NCBI RefSeq assembly: GCF_008632455.1
Contig: NZ_CP043929.1
Coordinates: forward strand, 3,621,774-3,645,773
Length of the DNA stretch: 24,000 bases
Source of the DNA: Methylomonas rhizoryzae
GTDB lineage: Bacteria; Pseudomonadota; Gammaproteobacteria; Methylococcales; Methylomonadaceae
Direction: 5' to 3'
Shown here: positions 15,712 to 24,000 of the stretch, one piece after another
How the letters are laid out: each line of letters starts with the position of its first letter
Numbering within the stretch: position 1 is the stretch's first letter
Made by a program: the position numbers and the translations under genes
Notes under the pieces: generated by a model
The model's database searches: none
The model's input: the letters and a program-made list of their open reading frames with translations, nothing else
Told to the model about the DNA's origin: nothing

Positions 15712-16407
15712 CGGAAACTCTATGGCTTAAGAGGCCGCCGGCTCAAGCCGATTTTCTAACGGCCTTAATTATGCCGCTACACGCAAATCCGTGCAGCCGG
15801 CAGCCTGATCTTGACGGCAATACGTTGCACATCCGCTCTCTCCCAATCGAATAGAGGCCGGACAAGAATCTAACGCCTAAACAAATCTTTTTTCAACCAT
15901 TACTTTCCGAAATTGCGTTTGCAAATTGATCGTCAACCCAAACCTGCGGTCATTCGATTCGGTTCCAGCGGTTCGGATCCAGTTAAAAATTAAATTTCCC
16001 GGTTGAAAACAGACTAATTCGCCCACCCGGATAGACGGCGGGCATTGACGCACCGAATGCGGGTTAGCCGAAGCAATTACCCATTTTCCGGGATCAAGAT
16101 TGGCCACTCATACGACAAACGGGTTTTATTGCACCGGTATTTTGCATTCATTGCGTTGGTCGCGAAGCGGAAGATGCCATTCTTTGAAATCGATCGGCAG
16201 CTCCAATAACGGGCCGGTCGCGCAAAATTTCACGCTGCCGTCTTGGCTGAGGTACAGACTACCTTTTAACTTGGCTGCCAGTTGATAGTTGGAACAAACG
16301 GAATTATCCATAAAACCCTCGAAACGCTTGGATCGGCGCTCACTTTGCGAAATTCGACTTAAACCGAACTTAAGCCCGCCGCTTGCGGTTTTGCCCCATG
16401 CCCCGAG

Positions 16408-17583
16408 TCAGGAGCGGCGCGTTGCCGATCTCCCGCTCTTATGCCACCATATCCTGAAACCGGTCACGACCAGCACGGCAATGGCCAAGCCCAGCACGGA
16501 TACCGCCACGCGCCCCGGTAAGCCGGCTATCCGCCCGCTGTGCAAGGGCAATTGCCAAGCGTCGAAAATGTCGGCGGCCGTACCTTGGCCCGGCAAATAG
16601 TCGTCCAAGTATGCGGCAGTTTGGCCGTCGTAATACAGATAATCCGCCCCTAAGCCGTCGGCATCGCCGTATCCGACCCCGAAAATGCCGTATTGGGCGT
16701 TATAAAACACGCTGGAGCGCTGCTTGGTCCAGTGCCGCGCGTCGGCCTCTATTTGCGCCCGATCCAAGACCATGACGAAAGATACCGCAGCTTCGACCGG
16801 CTCCGCCTCGGCCCGGTCGTCGCGCGCATCGAACGGGCTAGGGGTAAAATCGCTAAACAGGCCGACTAGCGGCTCGAACAAGGCATCCCGCAAATTCAGC
16901 GAAATCGCCGAAACCGACAGGATCAGCAAAAACCCGGAAAGCCATAAGCCGCCGGCCCTATGTAGATCGAAATTCAAGCGTTTGCCTCGTGCGCCGGGTT
17001 TAATCCGCCAAGCGGTGCGCCAAGATTGCCGGCTGGCCCCGGCCTCCCGGCGGACTAGCGCTAAGGCCGTTTGCGGTAAGCTCAGATAAAAACCGATCAG
17101 GGTTTCCAGCAGCACGATCACCGCTACTATACCCATCACCCACAAGCCGATCTCGCCCGGCAATTGCAAGCTGTAGTGCAGCACGTAAACGCATGGGATC
17201 AGCTGCTTGCGTTCCAAGCCGCACGCCCCCCATATTCGCCCGCCCAACACTTTGCCGTCTACCGGATCGACGAACACCTCGTCATACGCCGCCGGCATGT
17301 CGGCTTGCGTAGGCCTCAGGGTAATTTTCGCCGCGCGGCCGGCGACGCGTTGCAGTGGTAACGACACCACACGGTATTCGGGTAGCTCGCGCTGCAAGGC
17401 GGACAGCAGTTGCGCGTCGGTTAGCGCCGCGCCCTGAGCGGAGCTATAAAACAGCTCGGGGTTCAGCCACGCGTCCAATTCCTGCTGGTAGGCGATGATG
17501 CACCCGGTCAAACTGGCTTGCAACAAAAACAAGGCGGCGGTCAAGCCAAGATAGCGGTGTAAGCGCGCCCAAAGCTTTCGCAT
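16408..17583 (-). CDS. PepSY-associated TM-helix protein (PiuB/FoxB-like putative ferric-siderophore reductase)
   Basis: 391 aa. N-terminal RLHRYLGLTAALFLLQASLTG. Three further His-containing TM motifs: VLHYSLQLPG, FDLHRAGGLW, LPLHSGRIAGLPGR. C-terminal TGFRIWWHK. It starts 16 nt after the receptor stop. Confidence 0.85.
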   Translation of the reverse strand: MRKLWARLHRYLGLTAALFLLQASLTGCIIAYQQELDAWLNPELFYSSAQGAALTDAQLLSALQRELPEYRVVSLPLQRVAGRAAKITLRPTQADMPAAYDEVFVDPVDGKVLGGRIWGACGLERKQLIPCVYVLHYSLQLPGEIGLWVMGIVAVIVLLETLIGFYLSLPQTALALVRREAGASRQSWRTAWRIKPGARGKRLNFDLHRAGGLWLSGFLLILSVSAISLNLRDALFEPLVGLFSDFTPSPFDARDDRAEAEPVEAAVSFVMVLDRAQIEADARHWTKQRSSVFYNAQYGIFGVGYGDADGLGADYLYYDGQTAAYLDDYLPGQGTAADIFDAWQLPLHSGRIAGLPGRVAVSVLGLAIAVLVVTGFRIWWHKSGRSATRRS

Positions 17584-17598
17584 GGCGGGACTTCGCGC

Positions 17599-19914
17599 CT
17601 ACCAGTTGTAGCGCAAACTGGCCAGTACGGTGCGGCGGTTGCCGTAAAAACAATTACCGCCGTAACAGGTAGTGAAATACTCGTGATCGAGCAGATTGGC
17701 CATATTCACCCCTAAACGCAAGCCGTTCAATTTGCTGTGCAACTTGCCTAATTCATAGTGCACGGCCGCATCCACCACCACGTAAGACGGCGTTTTCAAA
17801 CTGTTGGCCAAATCGCCGTAGTTGCCGCCCGCGTAACGCAACCCACCGCCCAAACCCAAGCCTGCGAAATCGCCTTGCCGTTGCGTGTAATCGAGCCATA
17901 ACCCGGCTTGATGCTCCGGTGTATAAGTCAAATTGTTGCCTAATTCGGAGGCAATCGTGGATTTGGTTACTTTGGTATCGGTATAGGTATAGGATGCGGC
18001 TACGTCCAAACCGACATCCAGACTGGCCTTGCCCTCCAATTCCGCCCCTTGCGAACGCACCTCGCCGGTTTGAATGTTATAACCTACATGCGAAGGCTCA
18101 GGATCGGCGGTTAACACATTTTGCTGGACTAAATGAAACAGCGCTGCCGTAAATAAGGCGTTATATCCGACCGGTTGATACTTGACGCCGAATTCATGCT
18201 GTTGCCCCGTTGTGGGTTTGAAAGCCTTGCCGAAAAAATCGCTATCGGCAATCGGATCGAACGATTCCGAATAACTGTAGTAAGGCACGACGCCCGCGTC
18301 GAACTGGTAGCCCAGTCCGGTCCGGTAGGTGAAGGCTTCGTCGTCGCGCGACGGATCGATCAGGCCATCGTTACCGGTTTGGGTGGTCGCCCAATCGTGG
18401 CGAATACCGATAGTCGCAATCCAACGATTCCATTTAAGCTGGTCTTGTGCGTACAGCCCGACTTGGTCCAGTTGCTGACTTCTGGATGAGTCCAACACGG
18501 GTTCCTGAAACGCATTGCCGTAGGTCGGGTTATAAACATCCAACACCAGTTCGGGCAATTCAAAATCGGTAAAGCCTTGCTTTCTATCGCCGGTAAAATG
18601 CCTGAAATCCAAACCGACCAAGCCTACGTGTTCAACATCGCCGGTGGCAAAATCGGCTTGTAACTGATTATCCAGCGTAAAAGTATGGGTCTGGTCCTTG
18701 TAGCGCGCGCCGTACCGGTTAATCTTGGTCATTTGCGCATCCACGAAGCTAAGGCCGGGAATAAGCTCGCCCTTGTCGGCATCAAAGCCGTAGTAATAAT
18801 CCGGGAAAATACCGCGGTAATCGCTGCTGACATTGGCGTAACGCACATTCTGCCGCGCCGTGAAAATGTGGTTGAAGCGATGATCCAACCCATAGCCCAC
18901 CGCAAACTGCTCGCGTTCATAACCGTCGAATCCGGGCTCACCCAGAAAGCGGTTGCTCGGAATGCGGCCGTTGGGGTTGGCCAACACCGTGCCTTCATAG
19001 GGCAAAAACTGCATCGCGTTGCCGGTTTCGTCTTTTTGATAGTGGCTCAAAAAGGTAAAACTGGTCGCGTCGCTCGGCTTCCAGGTAAAACTGGGCGCGA
19101 CGTAGTAACGGTTGTCTTCCACGAAATCGACCTGGGTATCGGCGTTGCGGCCCATCGCTACCAAGCGGTAAAACAAATCGTTTCGGCTCGCCACCGGCCC
19201 GCTTAAATCCAGGCTGCCTTGCACCCTGTCGTAACTGCCGCCCAGAAACTGGATTTCATGAAACGGGGTTTCGGTAGGCCGTTTGCTCATCATATTGACC
19301 AAGCCGCCCGGCGGATTTTGCCCGTACAACACCGAAGACGGTCCGCGCAGGATTTCGATCCGCTCCAAGCCGTAAGGATCGACCCGCAATTGCGCATACG
19401 AAGAACTGGAACTCATCAAGCGGGTACCGTCCAGGTACTGGGTACCTTCGAAACCGCGCAGAATAAAATAGTCGTCGCGGGTACTAGGGCCGAAAAGCCC
19501 CGTCACCACGCCGGGCGTATAAGCCACCGCCTCGCTAACGCTTTGCGCCGCGCGGGCAACGAATTCGTCCCTGTTGACCGCGCTAATCGACTGCGGCACT
19601 TCGATCAGCGGCGTATCGGTTTTAGAACCCGACGCCGATTGTTCCACGACATAACCTTTTACCGGTGCCGCCGCGCTGCCGGCGTTTTCACCGACCACCG
19701 CCACCTCGGGCAAGGTTTGCGCGCTGCCAACTGCAAGCTCGCGGCGTTTATCGGTTTGCGACTTGGCCGGCCGGGCATTGTTATCAGCCGCCGTTTGCTC
19801 TTGAGCGCTTAATTCCAGCGGCGCGAGCACCAATGCCAACGCGATGGCCGCCGCTTTACCAAAACCTGACCGGACACGAGTCCGCGCTCGCGCATGTACC
19901 ATTCGTTTAGTCAT
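17599..19914 (-). CDS. TonB-dependent siderophore outer-membrane receptor
   Basis: Signal peptide ...AAAIALALVLAPLELSA|QEQ. Plug start LPEVAVVGE...KTDTPLIEVPQSISAV, then IEILRGPSSVLYG. Terminal beta-strand ...VLASLRYNW ends in an aromatic residue. No roughly 80-aa N-terminal signalling extension. The track start 19941 is TTG. The ATG at 19914 has an AGGTGA SD 5 nt upstream. Confidence 0.92.
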   Translation of the reverse strand: MTKRMVHARARTRVRSGFGKAAAIALALVLAPLELSAQEQTAADNNARPAKSQTDKRRELAVGSAQTLPEVAVVGENAGSAAAPVKGYVVEQSASGSKTDTPLIEVPQSISAVNRDEFVARAAQSVSEAVAYTPGVVTGLFGPSTRDDYFILRGFEGTQYLDGTRLMSSSSSYAQLRVDPYGLERIEILRGPSSVLYGQNPPGGLVNMMSKRPTETPFHEIQFLGGSYDRVQGSLDLSGPVASRNDLFYRLVAMGRNADTQVDFVEDNRYYVAPSFTWKPSDATSFTFLSHYQKDETGNAMQFLPYEGTVLANPNGRIPSNRFLGEPGFDGYEREQFAVGYGLDHRFNHIFTARQNVRYANVSSDYRGIFPDYYYGFDADKGELIPGLSFVDAQMTKINRYGARYKDQTHTFTLDNQLQADFATGDVEHVGLVGLDFRHFTGDRKQGFTDFELPELVLDVYNPTYGNAFQEPVLDSSRSQQLDQVGLYAQDQLKWNRWIATIGIRHDWATTQTGNDGLIDPSRDDEAFTYRTGLGYQFDAGVVPYYSYSESFDPIADSDFFGKAFKPTTGQQHEFGVKYQPVGYNALFTAALFHLVQQNVLTADPEPSHVGYNIQTGEVRSQGAELEGKASLDVGLDVAASYTYTDTKVTKSTIASELGNNLTYTPEHQAGLWLDYTQRQGDFAGLGLGGGLRYAGGNYGDLANSLKTPSYVVVDAAVHYELGKLHSKLNGLRLGVNMANLLDHEYFTTCYGGNCFYGNRRTVLASLRYNW

Positions 19915-19944
19915 TGCTTCACCTGCAAATTTGAGTTGCAAGCG

Positions 19945-19975
19945 ATATTACTATGAATAATAACGATTCTCAATT
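19945..19975 (-). promoter_or_regulatory. Sigma70-type promoter with Fur box (receptor/PepSY operon)
   Basis: The minus strand reads TTGAGA (19973-19968), a 17-nt spacer, then TAATAT (19950-19945). The Fur-like box aattgagaatcgttattattc (19975-19955) overlaps the -35 element and spacer. It shares the identical 18-mer gaataataacgattctca with the 6571 box. Confidence 0.7.
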
Positions 19976-20135
19976 ATGTTTTTATCTTATTCGACTCCCT
20001 AGCCTTTCCCCTCCGGTTAATCCGGCCTGTTCGGAAACGCCGCTAAACGCGTTACCATAAGCAGCACTCGCATAGCCGCCGGACACAATCTCTATCCCCC
20101 TTAAGCATCAGACACCTCACCGCCAGCGATTCGTT

Positions 20136-21734
20136 ATGAAAACCGTTGCCAAACAACCCGATCCCAGCCAACTTAATTCGATCCACCGTCTGGTTCAAAG
20201 CGGCCAGTTCCATTCGGCCGAAACCCAAGCCCTCGCCTTGTTGGCGCAGTATCCGAAATCGCTGGGTTTGCTGAATCTGTTGGGCATGAGCCAGCAAGCG
20301 CAAGGCAAGCTGCGCGACGCGGCGGCCAGCTTCCGCAAAATGTTGAGCTTGGACCCCAACGTCGCGGAGATCCATTTCAACCTGGGCGCGATCAATACCG
20401 AACTGGGCGACCTCAAAGCCGCTCTGGCCTGTTACCGCAAAGCCCTGCAACTCAAGCCTCAATTGACAGTCGCCCATTTCAATCTCGGTACCTTGCTGCA
20501 ACAGCAAAGTCAGTGGTCCGATGCGGCCAAACACTACCGGCAAGCGGTCGATCAACAACCCGGCTTTTACCAAGCCTGGGCCAACTGGGGTACCGTATTG
20601 CAGCAACGCGGCGATTTGCAGGGGGCCGAACAATGCTACCGACAGGCCTTGACCATACAGACGGATGCCCAAGGCCATTTTAATCTGGGCACCGTGCTGT
20701 ACGGCCAAGGCGAACACCACGCGGCGATAGCGGCGTTCGAACAGGCTTTGCGGCTGGATCCGCAATTCGCCGACGCCTGGAACGATTTGGGCGAAACCTA
20801 CCGCGATCAAGGCAACATGGAAGATGCGGTGCGCTGCTACCGGGAAGCCCTGAAGGCCGATCCCAAGCACGCCCGCGCCAATTACAACCTGGCAGAAAGC
20901 TACAGCCTGGGCGGACAATTGCAGCAAGCCATCCCTTACTTTAGCGCGTCCGATTTCGCCGACGCGCAAGAGCGCGTGTTGCAATGCCTGTATAAAACCA
21001 GCCAATTCGACGACTTCAAACAACGGCTAAACCAATTCACCGAGCAACGACAGCATGCTTCGATACTGGTCGGCACCCTGTCCACCCATTACGCCACCAA
21101 CTTTAAACTGGACAATCCTTACCACTTCTGCCGCGAGCCGATGCGCTTCGTACAGCACACCCACATCGCCGAATTGTCCGCACCGAACAGTCCGCTGTTA
21201 CGCCAACTCCTGAGCGACATAAAATCCCTGGCCATTGCCGAACGCAAGCAGGGCCGGCTGTATTACGGCATCCAATCGGCCGGTAACCTGTTACAACGGG
21301 CCGAACCCTCGTTTCAACAGCTGGCCGCGCTGATCCGCGCCAAAGTCAAAGCCTACCGGAAGCATTTCGCCGGCTGCGACGACTCCCTGATCAAGCTGTT
21401 TCCGAAAGACTTGGAATTCGCCAGCTCCTGGTATTTACGCATGAACCAAGGCGGCTATCTGACCTCGCATATCCACGAAGAAGGCTGGATCAGCGGTTGC
21501 GTCTACCTGCAACTACCGGACAAATGCGGCGAGCACGCCGGCAGTTTCGAATACGGTACCGACGGCGACGATTACCCGCGCCTGCACGACGACTTCCCCA
21601 GCAAAATCGTCGATCAAGCGGTCGGCGATCTGGTACTGTTTCCGTCCTCGCTATTCCACCGCACCATTCCGTTCCAGTCCGATCAGGAACGGGTGTGCGT
21701 GGCTTTTGACATCAAACCGCAAGCGGCGGCCTGA
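20136..21734 (+). CDS. TPR-repeat protein fused to a C-terminal 2OG-Fe(II) oxygenase-like domain (2OG-FeII_Oxy_5/TIGR02466-like)
   Basis: 532 aa. The N-terminal ~270 aa contain about 7 TPR units (AEIHFNLGAINTELGDLKAALACYRKALQLKP, ADAWNDLGETYRDQGNMEDAVRCYREALKADP, and others). The C-terminus has GGYLTSHIHEEGWISGCVYLQLP and LVLFPSSLFHRTIPF (His-x-His/Glu...His cupin pattern). Confidence 0.85.
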   Translation: MKTVAKQPDPSQLNSIHRLVQSGQFHSAETQALALLAQYPKSLGLLNLLGMSQQAQGKLRDAAASFRKMLSLDPNVAEIHFNLGAINTELGDLKAALACYRKALQLKPQLTVAHFNLGTLLQQQSQWSDAAKHYRQAVDQQPGFYQAWANWGTVLQQRGDLQGAEQCYRQALTIQTDAQGHFNLGTVLYGQGEHHAAIAAFEQALRLDPQFADAWNDLGETYRDQGNMEDAVRCYREALKADPKHARANYNLAESYSLGGQLQQAIPYFSASDFADAQERVLQCLYKTSQFDDFKQRLNQFTEQRQHASILVGTLSTHYATNFKLDNPYHFCREPMRFVQHTHIAELSAPNSPLLRQLLSDIKSLAIAERKQGRLYYGIQSAGNLLQRAEPSFQQLAALIRAKVKAYRKHFAGCDDSLIKLFPKDLEFASSWYLRMNQGGYLTSHIHEEGWISGCVYLQLPDKCGEHAGSFEYGTDGDDYPRLHDDFPSKIVDQAVGDLVLFPSSLFHRTIPFQSDQERVCVAFDIKPQAAA

Positions 21735-21960
21735 CGCTGCTCCAGGCTAAGCCTGGCCTTATCGAGCGGAAACAAAACTCCCGAATGGTGTTGTCTAGTA
21801 GTTCGTTCATTAATATATTGACTAATTACTCAAGCTCCAAGTCGAACTTTTTCCAGCGGAAAACGACAACGCTAGTGCACCATCCCGGTAAAGACATCGG
21901 CCATCTCGCCCGTGTCCTACGACCAATAGGCGCGATAAGCGAGTAATCTGCTCCTTCATA

Positions 21961-21988
21961 AGTGTCCACCTCATTATAAGTGGACACT
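21961..21988. repeat. Perfect 9-bp inverted repeat with a 10-nt AT-rich spacer
   Basis: agtgtccac-ctcattataa-gtggacact, in the AT-richer junction between the TPR/oxygenase gene and the rRNA operon terminator. No flanking T-run on either strand. Confidence 0.45.
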
Positions 21989-22051
21989 ATCTTCGCTTCT
22001 TTCGAGCAACTGATATAGACGCTGTCTATAGATCGCTTACTTTACACGCAT

Positions 22052-22077
22052 AAAAAAGCCCATCGAGGGATGGGCTT
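22052..22077 (-). terminator. Rho-independent terminator of the rRNA operon
   Basis: The minus-strand RNA reads AAGCCCAUC-CCUC-GAUGGGCUU (9-bp stem, 4-nt loop) followed by UUUUUUAU. It starts about 9 nt after the 5S 3' end. Confidence 0.78.
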
Positions 22078-22086
22078 AAGAATAAG

Positions 22087-22205
22087 AGCTTGGCGATGAC
22101 CTACTTTCACATGGCAAACTGCCACACTATCATCGGCGCGAAGCGGTTTCACTTCCGAGTTCGGGATGGGATCGGGTGGTTCACGCTTGCTATGGTCACC
22201 AAGCA
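22087..22205 (-). rRNA. rrf: 5S ribosomal RNA
   Basis: The reverse complement reads TGCTTGGTGACCATAGCAAGCGTGAACCACCCGATCCCATCCCGAACTCGGAAGTGAAACCGCTTCGCGCCGATGATAGTGTGGCAGTTTGCCATGTGAAAGTAGGTCATCGCCAAGC. It is collinear with bacterial 5S (CCGAACTCNGAAGTGAAAC and GCGCCGATGGTAGTGTGG blocks; the terminal helix pairs). Ends are +/-3 nt. Confidence 0.93.
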
Positions 22206-22446
22206 AACTGGTTTGAAGGGGTTAGGCGCAAGGTAAAAAGTTCAGGGTTCAAAACAGCGGCGCTTCGCCGTGTAGCGTCTATCCTACTTTACCTTTCGTT
22301 TCCCTTCGTCATGAGCAGTATTGATAAAGGCTTCCGGTTTTTTGAACCTTGTACCTTGCTTCTTGTACCTGCCCTATGGAAATCTGTAGTTGCGATTGTT
22401 CTCTTACTTTTCAGCTACTGTCGCTGACCAAACGCATTGGGCGTTA

Positions 22447-24000
<1,554 letters not shown>

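Noticed and set aside
20052-21023. 323-aa minus-strand ORF opposite the TPR/oxygenase gene
   Set aside because: It lies entirely antisense to a gene with clear TPR periodicity and an oxygenase domain. Its own translation is repetitive Q/L/A/G-rich, mirroring the TPR codons, and it has no start context.
21742-21756. Hairpin ccaggc-taa-gcctgg just after the TPR/oxygenase stop, considered as a terminator
   Set aside because: The stem is only 6 bp with a 3-nt loop and no following T-run, which is too weak to call.
22206-22446. Possible tRNA in the long 23S-5S spacer (gggttcaaaa resembles a T-loop)
   Set aside because: The flanking bases do not form a T-stem (caggg versus cagcg), and no acceptor or anticodon arms can be drawn.

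Overview
GC-rich (about 60% in genes) bacterial chromosomal window; the rRNA looks proteobacterial. All family calls come from motif recognition by eye and hand translation, because no database search was possible. Positions 1-19980 form an iron-controlled NRPS siderophore island. It has four Fur-box promoters and four transcription units. (i) Minus-strand operon 6517->1: IucB-type acetyltransferase, MbtH, type II thioesterase, SyrP/TauD-type hydroxylase, and the first 3.35 kb of an NRPS whose initiation module is FAAL-T-C. The NRPS is absent from the ORF track because it runs off the window edge. (ii) Minus-strand operon 12256->6661: orphan P-domain secreted protein, VPLPA/PEP-CTERM-tailed secreted protein, PvdQ/penicillin-acylase-family Ntn hydrolase, IucD/PvdA-family N-hydroxylase. 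(iii) Plus-strand unit 12969->15126: two small unknown ORFs plus a PvdE/SyrD-type cyclic-peptide ABC exporter. (iv) Minus-strand unit 19914->16408: TonB-dependent receptor plus a PepSY-TM protein. A lower-GC orphan block (15.1-16.4 kb) sits between units iii and iv. Downstream are a TPR/2OG-Fe(II)-oxygenase fusion gene and the 3' end of a minus-strand rRNA operon (partial 23S, 5S, intrinsic terminator). The best candidates for undescribed biology are the two Fur-controlled secreted proteins that lead the acylase/hydroxylase operon, the two small ORFs coupled to the exporter, and the unexplained 550 bp between the divergent Fur promoters. Many long ORFs in the track are antisense or off-frame shadows typical of high-GC DNA. 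No CRISPR array, transposase, integrase or tRNA was seen.
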